DNA of 64,000 bases from Paraspadella gotoi (lineage: Eukaryota; Animalia; Chaetognatha): positions 18,400,631-18,464,630 of the forward strand of contig CM119265.1 of the NCBI GenBank assembly GCA_051294375.1. Direction: 5' to 3'. Each line of letters starts with the position of its first letter. The stretch's first letter is position 1. A program made the translations under genes and the position numbers. The notes beneath the pieces are model-generated. The model saw only the letters and a program-made list of their open reading frames with translations, had not been told where the DNA came from and made no database searches. Positions 1 through 14,077 of the stretch are shown piece after piece.

Positions 1-2989
1 GACAAAGAACGTCCCGCCCGGACGGAGGAACCCTGCCAAGAAAGCAGCCAAACAACAACGATGCGACGAGAGGGAAGAGGGTGAGGAGAGAGGAGGAGAG
101 GAGACGAGAGGCTGAAGCAAAACTAAGATGGCAGGGTGTCGCGTTAAGGCCCAGACTAATAGGGGGAACCGAGCGCTATTCCCGCAGAAAGAGAAGTCGG
201 AGAAGATTGAGAGCGAGGAGGAAGGTTGAAAATGAGAGAAAAATGGGAAAAGATGAAAAAAAAATATATTAAATAAAGAGAGAGAGGAGGATGAGGAGAG
301 GAGAGGGAGAGAGAGAAGATGAGTAGAGAAAGAGGTGAGAGGAGGACAGAAGAAAGAGGAGGAAGGAGTGAGAGAGAGAGAGAGAGCAGAGGACAAACGG
401 GTTGATAGCGTTTTTGAAGCACAGTTGTTTAATTTCAAATCGCATCCCGAAAATTCGCGCGAGAACGAGGCTCGTAATGCCATTTTACTTCCCAAACTAA
501 CACTTGTCGAAAAAAGCAAGTTTGAGCTTAATTTTTGAAACGAGGAGCTGGAGACACTCTCTCGGTTTGGGTCTTGAAATGGAGTGGAGAACAATAATGA
601 GCAAATGGAATTGAAACAAAAAAAGAAAAAGGCCCAATTCATTTTTTTACTTTAAAAAACTAAAAGTTAAGTTCTTTAAATGCTCTTTTAAAGTTTTAAA
701 AGAAAGTTAAGAAGTGACGTTTAATAGCTCAAAAGTTATTACCTGTAAGAACAGTATTTAAGTAAACTGTCCTGATTTTATAATTTAAAATAAAAAAATA
801 AAAAAAATTAAAAATAGAGAGTTAAGAACATGTTAAAAAAATCTCTCTTGCTCTCCTCCTTCTCTCTCTCTCCCTCTCTTCTCTCTGACCTCAAAATTAT
901 GTCTTGTCCTAAAAATTATAAAAACCATTGGGCGTCGTTGATGAGAGAGAGAGAGACTGGAGAGAGAGTGATAGTAGCGGAGAGAAGAGAGAGAGAAGAG
1001 AGAAGAGAGAGGAGAGAGAGATGGAGAGAGGAGCGAGCCTTGCTTCCCTGGCCCAGAATATAGGATTATTCTGGTGGTGTGACGGAACTAAGAAGAGAAC
1101 ACCCCCTAAACCTTTACGGCCCCGCCAAATCATCTAGTCGATGGAACCCTGGCAACTGAAGAACCCCCCCCCCCCCCGCCATAGGAGTGTGGGAGGAAGA
1201 AAGGGAGACAAGGGGACGAAAGAACGGCGGACCGAGGAAGAAGGGCAGGACAAAGTGAGGAAAGGGGAGGACAAGGAGGGAGAAGAAGGAAGGAGGAGGA
1301 AAGGAAGGAAATGGGAGGGAAAGAAGGAGGAGAAAGGGAGGAAGACGAGAGGGGGGAAGAAGGAAGAGAAGAGGAGGAAAGAGAGGAAAGGGAGAGAACA
1401 AGGAAGCGAAAGGAGGAAAGGGGAGGAAGGGCGGGCGCGGGAAAAAAAAAGACAGAGAGAATACGGAGAAAAGGAGGAAGGGCGGAGATAGAAATAGGAA
1501 AGGGAGAGGGCAAAGGCTAAGGGGAGAAGAGAAGGAGGGAGAAAAGGAAAGAAGAAGAAGGTGCCGGCGAAAGCGGAAAAGAAGTGAGTGAGAGGAGAGA
1601 AAGAGAGATAATCACGGGGAATGGGAAAAGGGACGAGTAGTAGAGGAAGAGTAGAAGAAAGGTAGAAGTAGAGAAGGCACCACGGGAGGGTAGTAGACGG
1701 TAGAAGAAGAGCCCGCCGAGGAGGAGGAGGAAAAAGGGAGAAGACGGTCTTGCCAGCGACGTGATGGACTGACGAGTGCCAGGGACGCCCCAAGGGCACG
1801 CCCATGGAAAAAATGCAAGACAATCGCGATTGCCCAAAAGAAGCACAAAGAGAAGGAAAAAAGTTAAGTAAAAAAAGTGGAGGAATGGCACACGACGGTG
1901 TTTAGCAGTGTCTCTCGTCTGTAAGGCATTTGTTCTGGCGCGGACCGAGTTAACATTTAGACCGCAACAAGGCGGGAAAATTGTAAAGGCCTACCAATCG
2001 GCCTTACCAATCACCTTACCAATCAGACCTTACGTGCAATCGCCTCTTACCAAGATGAGCTGGCGGTTGAAATACCCACAGGAACAATTTCAGGCGGCAA
2101 TCGCAGAACATCACTCCAAGTTCCTCAACAGATGGACCACCCTGAAATCAGAGAAGGTGGTCATGAACAAATTACCAACATCACCAAGGCGTCCGTCGAA
2201 CCCAGTTAGTGATCGTTGGAAGGTTTGAAAGAAAGGAGAAGGAACGGAAGAGAGAGTAATTTCTCCTTCGCGCGAAAGGAACTGCTGGGAAGCGGGAGAC
2301 CAGCAGGAAACGAGCAGCGGAGAGCAGCGATAGGAGTGCAGCATGCCGCCGAGCTTGGTGCGGGCATAGGGGCGTTGTATTGCCGTAGGCGAGACCCCCA
2401 CAGTAGAGGCGATAGGTTTGCAGCGCGTTATAGCCGGGTAGCCGGTGAGCCCAGCAAGGAAAGACGGGAGGGCAACCCGGAGAGCAAGCGGATTGCAGTC
2501 GAGCGGCCGACCTGAAAGGTTGGCAGCGCGGAAGTCGGGGAGAAGCAGCGTCTTCCGATGCGATATAGCTAGGAGCGGCGACCACTTTGGCAACAGTCGG
2601 GGAGTTGCCTGTATGCCAATGGCAGGCATCTCACTGTGGCTTGGCTTCCGACCCTCAGTGCGCCTCCCATCTAATGTTATGGGAAAGGGAGTAAGTGTTT
2701 CTTCTGAAATACAACACAAAGTTAAAAAATTACTTCTGCCTAGTTTCTAATAGAATGACAAGAATATAATATACATACTGCAATATATTTTAATATTTTT
2801 ATTTTAATATATTTTACCCGCCGTTAAATATTAATTAAAAATATAACAGTATTGGAAAATAAAATTAATTATAATCTTTAAAAAAACTTATTTTCAAATT
2901 TAAACAGTCGGCTCATTCGGCAAGCACTGGTTGTTATTTCTGTTTCATTTAAGAAGGAAACTCTACCCTGCGAAAATAATAAAATGTTG

Positions 2990-3064
<75 letters not shown>

Positions 3065-5710
3065 CTCTCTTCCTCTCTCTCCACTCACACACATACACCA
3101 CACAAATAGAAAAAGGGTTGACATTTCACTCTTTTAACTTGGTCGAATCTTCGCCTTTTGCGCTCTTGTTCGCTCTCTCTCGTTTTCTGCCTCTCCCGTC
3201 TCAAATAATATTGAACAATTCTGACTGTGAAGTTTCCCATAGTTCTTGCCATCATCTCTTCTTTTTCTCTCTCCTTTCTTCTCTCTCTCTCTCTCTCTCT
3301 CGCCTCTCTTCTCTCTCTCTCTCTCTCTACTCCTCTCTCTCTCTCATCTTCTCTCTGGACCAATCTTTTTCTCCGCTACCTCCTATATCGTTCCATCTTC
3401 GTTTCGATGTCATTATGTCATGCATATGTCTCTTTCATCATAATGACATCGTCTCTTCTTTGTCACCGATTCTTTTTCTACTCTTACCCCGACGTAGTTG
3501 GTTTTCTCCTTCGCCCACCAATAACAATATTTTTTTCGATCATTAAATATAATTATTCTGTGTATAATATTACTGAAACCAGTAAATCACTTAGTCTACC
3601 AAAAAACAAACTCAATCTAAAAAAAATACTTTATAAAAATATCAGACATAGATAATAACACTTGAATTAATATTAATACTAACAATTAAAAAATAGATAA
3701 TAAATTCGTTATAATTCGCGTGATAATCGTAATTTGTTTCCACCGTTTCTTTTCTCTTCTCGATTTCGTTCCACCTGCGAACATAAAAAGTGGTAAAAAA
3801 AATATTCTGTCACCTAAAAGAAAAAAAATTGAATTTTGTATTTTTTATTTGTCCTAAGATCAAAAGATCAATTTGAAAAAAAGAAAAAAGAATAGAGCCC
3901 GTCGTCGCGGTGTCGCTGCAGTCGTATCGTCGTTTCGTAACGTACCTTTCAGAATCCCAACCGATAAAAAAACCTGAGGGAGAGGAGGCTAGACGGAGGG
4001 AGAGTGAGATCTGAGGGGCTGAGGGGTAGAGAGAGAGAGAGAGAGAGAGAAGGAGAGAGAGAGAGAAGAGAGAGAGAGAAGAAAGGATAAGAGTAAAACA
4101 AGAAATTAAACTGGTTTGAACGAAATGACATGTATGACAATGATAAAAATGAAAAAGTGTCAAATTGTTTTCCAGCTTCTTAAAAAAGGCTTTCGTCAGT
4201 CTTCTGACGTCCAATTGTCGAGGTCCGTATGGGTCCTGTCCTGCCCGTTCTTCCAGGCAGGCGAAAGGGTGATCCTGAAGCCAACGGGAGGGCAGGGAAG
4301 AAAAAAAGGATAAGAAAGAAAGGAGTAGTCCGAGAAGAAGAGAAATGATGGAGAAGACAAGATCCAGGAAAATTAGAAAAGAGCAGCACGGATCTGGCTG
4401 TGCCAACAAAAAAAAAAAGCAAATTAGCAAAATTTGGACTGAGTGAGGAGGACGACATGACGTACGAGGAGAGAGAGAGAGAGAAAGAGAGAGAGATGGA
4501 GGAGAGAGAGAGAGAAGAAGGAGAATACTCCATGAAGACAAAAGAGAAGGGTGCGGAAAAAAAGTAACATAAGGTGTAAAAAAAAACGATTGCGAACAAT
4601 GAAGGTGATGACAATCACGAAGATGACTTAGACGACGAAAACGAAGATGACGATGAAGACGAAGATGACGATGAAGACGAAGATGACGGACATTAACGGA
4701 GATCATTAGCGGCGATTAAAGCGACGATCGCCGCGCAACGACGACGACGACGACGACGACATCGTTTCTGGGTCGATCGACGCACCTGTGGATCTCGAGA
4801 CGTCGGGCGTCGACGAAAAAAAAAAAAAGATAATCGATGGCGATGAATTCGATTCGACGAAAAAATTGACCGAATAATTTTTTTTTTTTATAATCGAATT
4901 AAAAGTGTAGCTAATGTAGTTAAATATGTGGTCCGATTTATATACTATCCGCATAGGGGGTAATATATGCAAAACTCAAAAAACCGAAGAAGAAGAGAGA
5001 AAATAAAAAAATAATTCGGGAGAAAATAAAAGTATCGAATCCCCAAAGTTAAATGGGAAACCTACTAGATACGCACACGATTTGGAAACTCTGAAACGAA
5101 ATCGATGGCGATGAGCGAGAGAGAGAGAGAGAGAGACGAGAGAGAACGCAGAGGGATGCCGAGAGAGAGATGACGCACCGGAGACGACCGGAGAAGACGA
5201 TGAGGAAATCGGAAGGAGAGAGCAGCAAGAAAGAGGAGACTTGTGGTAGTATAAACTCAAAGAAAAACACGATCGAGTGAAGAGAGAAGAGGGAAAATCT
5301 GACGGATACAGCGAGAAACGGATGTGAGGAGCACTTTAACCGAAATTAGCTTTAACGAAAACGTTTAGGAAGCAAAAAATCTTTTTAACGAGTTCAATTT
5401 AAAGGTGATTGCTGAATTTTGGGGGATAAAAAAACAAATTTCTTATGCTAAAATATACAGAAACGTAGAACGAAGTGTTAAATGTAACATTTGAATTTTT
5501 TGAAATCAACAAAAACAATTAACTATAATATAGAAAATACAATTCAATATAGCTATAACGCAAATATGTTTAACAGTGCAAGGATATACCAAAAAAAAGT
5601 GGAATTTTCAATGCGAAGAGACCAACTAAAGTCTGAAGGAACCAAAAGACGAAATGCAGAGTCGAGGCCGAAGAAAAGATAAAAAATGGATGAAGGATTC
5701 CCCCTCGTCG

Positions 5711-5747
<37 letters not shown>

Positions 5748-7962
5748 AATCGTCGTCGTCGTCGCGATGGTTGTCTCCGTAGCTGCTGTCGTCGACGATG
5801 TTCTTCAAACAAAAAAAAATGACAAAAGAATATAAAAATAGAATTTGAATCTTTTAAAAAAATAAAAGTATAAATACAGAATTTAAACAACTTCGAAGAA
5901 AAAACTGAGAAATTAAAACTGGGGAAAAAAAGAGACTAAAATGGATGGAAATAAATTCGAGAAAACGAAAATAAACATTAAAAAAAGGGGAAAGAAAACA
6001 AAAGGGGCCGACGAAGACGACGACGACGACGAAGATAACGACGATTCACTCTGTGACTCTGGGATTCGAAATCGGGGGGAAAAAGAAAAAGACTTCGGAT
6101 TTTTCGGAGGCGAAAATAAGTGGAATTGAGGCGAAAGGTCAGGGGTGGCTGTGGTGGCGGTGGCGNNNNNNNNNNNNNNNNNNNNNNNNNNNNNNNNNNN
6201 NNNNNNNNNNNNNNNNNNNNNNNNNNNNNNNNNNNNNNNNNNNNNNNNNNNNNNNNNNNNNNTAACGAGACGTGAGTTGAGAAAATGACGAGAGTCGAAA
6301 GGAAGAGTCGATGTGATCTCATCTCGGGACAATATTCGTCCGAAGCGCAGATGGGACGAGAGAAAAGACGGAGGGAGTGGCCACAGGCCAGTGACTGGGG
6401 ACATCGCGGAAAGGATGAGGAAATCTCGGATAGTAAATCCATTTAAACTTTTTTTGAAATTAGGATGTAAGTGTAATTTTGTGATGAACTCTGTCATTAA
6501 AGGTGAGGGAATAACCGTCGTTTAAGAATGAACTTGAAAAATTCCTCGACGAGAATCACAAAATAAGAAAATCAAAATCTCTGTCTAAAAAATAAACTTA
6601 AAATCGAATCTCAAAGTTTTTATTTTTTATTTTTGTTGTTACGTTGAATGCTGCGCTGGTGGTCTGAGTGATAAGAGGTTGTTTTAATGGAGGTAGTGGA
6701 GATGTCAGCGACCGAAGAGTTGGCGCTAATCGTGCGTAGAAGGAAATAGGGGTTATAACTTTGGTGGTGGCGTGGATTGGGTGGATTGGGTGGTTGGGGA
6801 AATAAGAATGTCGGTGAAATCGAGACGAGAGGATCAGAAATCGGGATTCCGCGGAATGACTAACGTCTGAGCAACAAAAGAAAAACAAAGAAAAAAAAAA
6901 AGAAAATCCGGAAAGAAAAGAGAAAAAGAGAAAAGAAATAAAAAAAAAGAAAAGAAAAGAAAAGTTGAGTTCCAGTCTCGCGGTTTTCCCTTCGTTGGAT
7001 AAAGGGGGGGAAAAAAGTCAGGGAAAAAAAATACAAAAAAGTCGAGAGAGAAGAAAAAAAAAGAGGAAACTGGTTCGCGAGAAAAAGTCAGGAAAACGAG
7101 CGGAGAAAGACAAGGGGGTCGCGACAAAGAGTCGTTGTTTGTCGTCGTCCCTCGCGTCGGATTGTCGTCTCAAGCTATTCGCTCGCTAACTTATTTTCTT
7201 TCTCTTCTCTTTTTTTTTCTTTTTCTTTTCCGAGAGAGTGAGAGACTGAGAGAGGTTCTAGGAGAGTGTAGTAATCACGGTCGTCGTCGTTGACGTCATC
7301 CTCGACTCGATCGTCGTCGTCATCCTTATCGCATTAGAGGTCATCGTCGTCATTAGGGATGAAAGTGGTCCACGATTCAAAGTGGTCATCGTCGCGTCGT
7401 CGCCGGAGTCATTTTTGGTGACGGGGTCGTTGACGTTGTCTTCGTCAACATCGGAATCGACGTCGTCGTCCGTTTAGTTGAATTCCGCGTCACCAAAAAA
7501 AAAAAAATATCGAAAAAATCCCGCGGATGAAAATTTGGCGCGAAATCGGGGAGAGGAGTCGAATAAGTTTATCGTCAAATCTGACGACGTTCGTCGCGTC
7601 AATTTGGCGCGTCATCGCGTCAATTTGGATCGGGCGATGCGTCATTAGCGCCTCCTGTCGACGTGGCGCGCCTTCGAATGTCACCGAAAAAAGTTTTCAA
7701 GTTTTTGAATTCCACAACTTTTTTCATTCGATTTTAGAAGGAAAGATTTTCGTCTCTTCATCACGTCGCGGGAGATTTTTTTTCGACAATTTCAATTTTG
7801 TCTTCGTCGTCGTTGTTGTTGTCGTCGTTGTCGTTGTTGTTAATCGTTTAACGTGCTATTTTTTTGGAATGTTTTTTTTTCGCGATAAATCCAGGACGAA
7901 TTATCTTTTGAAGAAAAAAAAGTTCCCTCGGAAACACCTGAATTTTCTTACCGCAATCACGC

Positions 7963-7998
<36 letters not shown>

Positions 7999-10229
7999 AT
8001 TTCATCCCGGGTTGGTTTTTTTCTCTCCTTTTATTTTTATCCATTCTTTTAACCTTTTGCCACTTGCTTTTTTTATATATTTTTTTCTTCTTTCTTTGGG
8101 TTTCTTTTCAATAATTTGCATATATTTCATTTTGACGCGGGATCAGTTCGGACAAGGAAACGAGTCGACGGTCACGACCCAAAACCAATTTCGTCCTTTA
8201 TTTTTTTTGGTTAAGCCTTCTTTTCCTAATTTGAATCGATATTCAAGAAGAAAAACAGAGAAATAAAAAATAACCCAAAAAGATGATAATTTTTTTTTTT
8301 TTTTTGTCTTCTTGGAAAATCCTAAAGTTTTACCAACCAAAGAGAGAACAGCGAAAGAGGAAGAAAAAAAGGGAGAAAATTTGTAACGCCGAAGAGGATT
8401 TGGGGGGAGGAGGAGAAAAGGAGGAAGGAGGAGGAGGAGGAAGAAGGAGGAAGAGAGGGAATGGTCGAGGAGGAAGAAAGGGAGGGTGGAACGGTTATGA
8501 AGGAAGAAAGAGGAAGAAGAAGATTTTCTATATTTTTTCTTCTAAGTCTCAGGTTTGCCTACTTATCTTTTTTTAAGGTAGAACTCTGGGAAAAAACAGA
8601 AGCGAGAGAAGAGATCTACGAGGAAGAAGGAGGAAGAACCTTCGATTCAACACCGAAAAAGAAGAGCAGCACGCCTGGGGAGGAATGAAGAGGAGGAAGA
8701 GGAAGAAGAGAGAACACAAACCTCGCCGGCGAATGGGCCTGAAACAAATATGTTCTAATAGTTGATTGGCTGACTGACTTCGTGTTTGTTTTTTAATACT
8801 CGCCATATCCTCTCTTTTCTGCTCTATACTGCTCTCATTTTCATTATCCTTTTCTCTCTTCTACTTTCCTCAGATTCACTCCGTGCCTTCCGAGATTCCT
8901 TCTTCATGACGGAAACTTGACGGACACACGAATCGATGACTTAGGTCAAAGTTCGAACCTGTCTGTTGAATACGTTCTTACTTGTGATGATAATGATGAG
9001 GAAAAGACGAACGACGACAAACGTAGGCACCCATTTGTAAACAATCCGTCGATATATTCATAGAAATGTTCGATATTAATATGCTTAATGATGGACGATG
9101 AACGATGAACGACGACGAAGATGATGAACGATGAGGATATTCTAATGATGATGATGTAACGAAGTTACCGCCATTAATTGGGGCGCGAGACAACACAATA
9201 AAACTTCCTTATGCGCGCCAATTTTTTTTTCTCTCCCGCGCGTTGTTCAGAATCCAATTCAAAGCGTTGATTAATCAGAAAGCTCTCCGAATCTCTCTTC
9301 GTTTCTTCACTCTCGCTCTCGCCTCTCTCTTGGAGATGCCCTACCCGAAAAAAAAATAGTAAAAGAGGCGCAATAACGAAAGATATTTTTCTCAAGTTTG
9401 TTTCACTTTTTCGAATTCCCTTTATTAGAATTCGCTCCGCCGCTGTTTTAAACCTTTGGACCTTCATCTCATTCTTATCCGCCAGTTCCAATCGGCCATT
9501 TCTTCGCTCTCACCTTCTCTCTCTCTCTCCGTTTCGTCTACAAATCCTCTCTCGTCCTCTCTCTCTCTCTCAACTCTTCTCTCTCATCTCTCTCTCTCTC
9601 TCGCTCTCAAACTTAACCAAGTGGCCTGTCTCTCTTCTTTCCTTATTTCTCTCTTTATCTTCGTTCTGGGCTGCTTTAAATTTATATCTCCTCTTTCTCC
9701 TTCTCTCATACGCACCTTCTCTCCTCCTCTTCCTCTCTCTCTCGGTCCCATACTAGATCTTCTCTCTCTCATTTCATGTCGCAACTTCCAGTGAACTGAG
9801 TCCTCTTATGCATCTTATTCCTTCAATATTCTCTCTTCTTTCTGGCTAGTACTCTTTATTTTTATTCTCTCTCTCTCACTCTCATACTATATCTCTCTCT
9901 CACTCAGTCCCAACTTCCAGTGCTGTCTCTCTTCTTTTCTTTCATTTCTCTCTTTCTCCAGTTCTTCTCTTTATTTTTATTCTCTCTCTCCCTCTCACTC
10001 TCTCTCTCTTTCTCTCTCTACTTCTCTCTTCTTCTGTCTCTCTCTCTCTCTTATGAGAAAGGATAAAAACGCAGGGATCGATTTTTAAGCAACTAAAGGT
10101 ACAGCTGATACTCTGGCTTATATAAACAAAGCCAACCAATGCATGGAAGGTACTGGGGGCAGGTGGATTTTTTCCTTCACTATCATGAATTACTGGTGCT
10201 TTCAATTGCCTTCTCAGGTCCTCATGGCT

Positions 10230-12360
10230 GCAGGCCCAGTCGATTCATTGCCAACAATACATAGAGGATAAAAGTCATAGTACTCTTATACCGCTCTATT
10301 CATGTCTCCCGGTGTACTGCTAGAAATTGTACCACCAGAGAACGCATGACAATCTCTTTTTGCCTCCACCGAGCTGTTCTCTTTACTTATTCGCTCATGC
10401 TAAACTTCTCCTAAATATTTTCTGGGAAAATCTTAGCGTCTTTGTAAATTCTGTAAATTCAAAAGTTGACTTTCACTGATACTATAAATTATCCACGCGA
10501 TTCATGCAGCTAGTATAATGGAGTAATTATCTTCCTGACGAATGTTTCTTCTCCATCGCATATGCTTCTCAGACAGAAACTTATAAGAAACTGTAAGGCT
10601 TCCTTTTCATTTCCTCTTCATTCTCTTTCTCGATTTTTTTTCTCTCTTTTCTATTTTGAAGACGAACAGAAAATCGTGACGACCCCGATAAGCCGCAAGA
10701 CAGACAGAACTCGAAAGAAAGGCACAATGGAAAAATAACTATCGATAACGGAATTTCAACAATAATGAATAACTAGAAATATATCTACACAATCTGTTCG
10801 AACGCTAGTCTTTATCCATTCTTCACTAAAGTGATTATTCAATCTTTCGTTTTTCACCGTAGTTTCGTACGCCTGATCCGTATACACGCACGTTCGCTCT
10901 GACTCGTTGGATTTTCCACTTGGTACACCGTTCCTGTCGCTCTGCGTCTCTGTGTACGTCCGTCGTTCCTGTTCTGTATCGTCCTCTCATCCAACGGTCT
11001 CTTACGGTTTGTTTCCGTCCGTTGTCCCCGTACCCAGTCGCTTCAAAAAAATGAAACCTCGTCTGGACTAGGGAACAAAAACCAAAGATTTATATTGGAC
11101 AAGTCTAGTATACTCTTTGGTATATATTTCTGTCATATAACAAAAAAATTTAGGCGGGCAATAAACAAATATATAATAATATATATATATAATATATATA
11201 TATATATTGCACGATGCCACACATAAATTTAAAAGAAAACAAAATACTATATATATATATATTGAAAAATTGACAGCACGACAAATGCGCATAGGTTTTC
11301 TTAACCGAGTTTCACCAGCGCACTAAAGTACACTAAATAACAATACAATTAAACCTCCGAATACAAGTGCGAGAGTGAGATGCGTGTATCTTCTCTTCCC
11401 GGCCTCAGCAGGAGAGCATACAGCGAATTCCGGAGTATCGCTTTATCGCGCAGGCAGCAGGCATTGAGCCGAGATCAACTAGACGAAGGACGACGAAGAC
11501 AGAAGGACGCATGGACGCGACTGAGAAAGATGAGAGAGACGATTACTGCATCNNNNNNNNNNNNNNNNNNNNNNNNNAACTGTTAATGTTTGGTTTTCTT
11601 TTTAATTTATGCATCGTCAATATTTTTTACCTTAAACATTTTTTGCCTTAAATTTTTTTTTATAGAAGATATAAAACCAAAGTATATAACTTGTCCAAAT
11701 AATTTTGGTTTTTCCATCCAAACGTCATTTTTTGAACGAGGACGACGTCGACGACAACAGATACGACGACGACTACGAAAACGATGATAATATTTGTGAA
11801 ATGGAAAAGACGTCAAAAGATTTGTTTATTTTTCTATTTCATATTTGAAATTCTTTAGTTTTTCATGCCTTTTTTCTTCTTCGTCATATTTTTCGTTTCA
11901 AAATAAAAAAAAAATCGAGAAAGAGGATGAAGAGAAATAAAAGGAAGCAGTTTCTTTAAGTTCTGTCTGAAGCTTCGATGGAGAAAAACATCGTCAGGGG
12001 AAATTCATTATATAGTGCATCGTTTAATTCGTGAAAAGTCAATTTGAATTTAAGAATTTAAAACTAAGATTTCCAGAAAATATTTAGAGAAGTTTAAAAA
12101 AGTAAAGAGAACGAAACAGACAGATGAATAGATAGATAGATATATTTTGCGATTTGGGATGTTCATCGGTGGAGGAAAAGTTTGTCCTTTGTACAATTAG
12201 CGTACAAAAGAGGATAAATATTTATTGTTGTAGTAGGCCGAGGACTGNNNNNNNNNNAAAAAGTAAAGAGAACATCGGTGGAGGAAAAGATTGTCCTTTG
12301 TACAATTAGCGTACAAAAGTGGATAAATATTTATTGTTGAAGTAGGCCGAGGACTGAGCA
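10230..12360. other. Noisy inverted duplicate (about 10230-11250 is the reverse complement of about 11580-12360); probable raw-read artefact
   Basis: For example ctctaaatattttctgg (about 10408) versus ccagaaaatatttagag (12073); the left copy is full of random insertions; a 25-N gap lies at 11553-11577. Confidence 0.75.
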
Positions 12361-12377
12361 ATGAGCACAGTATTATA

Positions 12378-13250
12378 AAATTAAACATTAAACATTACAA
12401 ATTTCGTGGAAGGATTGGTCGAGCGGAAAAGAGTTGGTCTCGTAGGAATCGGACGAGTGGGAGGAGCGCAATGAGCGAATCGATCTTAATGTCGTCCCGA
12501 CCCAATTTAGTCCAAGTCCATTCATTGACCCTCTCGATTTCCATCCACATAAATCAGTGGAAGAGAGAAAGAAAAAAAAATGAAGAAAGAAAAGAAGTAA
12601 AAACGGAAAGAACAAAAGTTAGAGAAATAAAACAAAAAGGAAAAAAAAAGGGGAACACTCGGCCCGCCGACTTTTTTCTCCCTTATTTTATTTCTTGTTA
12701 GACTCTATTCAAAAGAGTCTCTCTCGCTCTCTCGCTCTCTNNNNNNNNNNNNNNNNNNNNNNNNNTGCAGAGGATGGTAAGTTTTGCGATCTGCCAACAT
12801 TTTCCGTACTTGTCTTTGTAATCATGGGCGTCCATGATTACCGCAGCTCTTCCTTATCCGCGGGATGAACCATGATCGCCTGATTTGCGCTTGAGATGAG
12901 GCAATGGCCTTGCGCTCACCCTTACCGACATTGCGGGGGCGTGAGCTCTTCTGCATTGAGCACCCGCGCCGCCGCCGCCCGAAGGGTTGCGCCCCGCTTA
13001 TCTTTGAGCTCACTTTGAGCTCTTTCTTTTCCTTGAATTTCACTTTTCTTAATCTCTTAATATACAACTAAAAACTAAAAACTACTTTCTTTCATATTTC
13101 ATTTTCACTTAACTATCCCTTAGCTAATTACTTATTTATTCACTAGTAAATGTTAAAATTTCTCCAATGTTAGTTTTTCAAACTCCTTTATCTTGTTGTA
13201 CATTGCAAAAATGTATCTTTATTATTTATTTATCTCTGTTGTTTTTTGTT

Positions 13251-13284
<34 letters not shown>

Positions 13285-14030
13285 TTAACAAGTTTCACTT
13301 CTTTTCACAACTCACTCATCTGTCCTCACTTCAACCTGTCCTCACATCTGACCACTATTCTGTCTCACCACTTTGTTGGAAAAAACTTTTACCCCCCCTC
13401 TCAATCTCCTCTCTCTCTCTCCTCTCTCTCTCAACACTCTTCTTTTGCACAAAATTTATTATTGAATGTCATATGCTGATGAAGGCTTGAAATAAGCAAG
13501 CCGAAACATGTCCAACTACTAATAAAAAATCGTTGTTAAATTCAAAATTCTTTGCTCTCTCTAATACCTATGAACAACGAAAAAGAAAGGATTAACGCAT
13601 CAAAAATTAAACATTAAACAGTTACAGAAATTGCTGGAAGATATTGGTCCGAGCGGAAAAAGAAGTTTGGTCTCGTAGGAAATCGACAACGATGTGGGAG
13701 TAGAGAGAGCGCAATGAGCGAATAGCGAACTATATGTCGTCCGACCCAATGTAGTCCAAGCCAATCATTGACGCCTCTCGATTGTTTCACAGTCTCACAT
13801 AAATCAGGTGGGAAAGAGAGAGAAGAAAAAAAAATGAAAGAAAGAAAAGAAGTAAAAACCGGAAAGAACAAAAGTTTAGAGAGAATAAAACAAAAAGGGA
13901 AAAAAAAGGGGAACACTTCTGGCCCCGCCGACTTTTTTGCTCCCGGTTATTTTATTTCTTGTTAGACTCGTATTGCGAAAAGAAGTGTGCTTCGTCGTCA
14001 GCTCTTTTCGCTCTCTCGTCTCTCTCCCTC

Positions 14031-14040
<10 letters not shown>
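12378..14040 (+). other. Noisy direct duplicate (about 12378-12740 versus 13604-14040) across a 25-N gap; probable artefact
   Basis: The second copy is the first plus scattered single-base insertions; gap at 12741-12765. Confidence 0.8.
12395..12550 (-). CDS. Candidate exon/short ORF, unknown product
   Basis: MWMEIERVNEWTWTKLGRDDIKIDSLIALLPLVRFLRDQLFSARPILPRNL*; high-complexity island among repeats. Confidence 0.2.
   Translation of the reverse strand: MWMEIERVNEWTWTKLGRDDIKIDSLIALLPLVRFLRDQLFSARPILPRNL

Positions 14041-14077
<37 letters not shown>

Noticed and set aside
1990-2030. Triple CCAAT box promoter
   Set aside because: A spacing of about 12 bp is better explained by a short tandem duplication; no downstream gene identified.
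2775-2851. AT-rich imperfect hairpin as a MITE
   Set aside because: Short and low-complexity, with no TSD identified.
12160-12357. Tandem duplicate of about 85 bp
   Set aside because: Straddles a 10-N gap with a few SNPs; probably two alleles at a contig join. The same pattern occurs at 25047-25103.
10230-12360. Large inverted repeat as a biological palindrome or TE
   Set aside because: One arm carries dense random insertions typical of an uncorrected long read, a 25-N gap lies between the arms, and there is no TSD.
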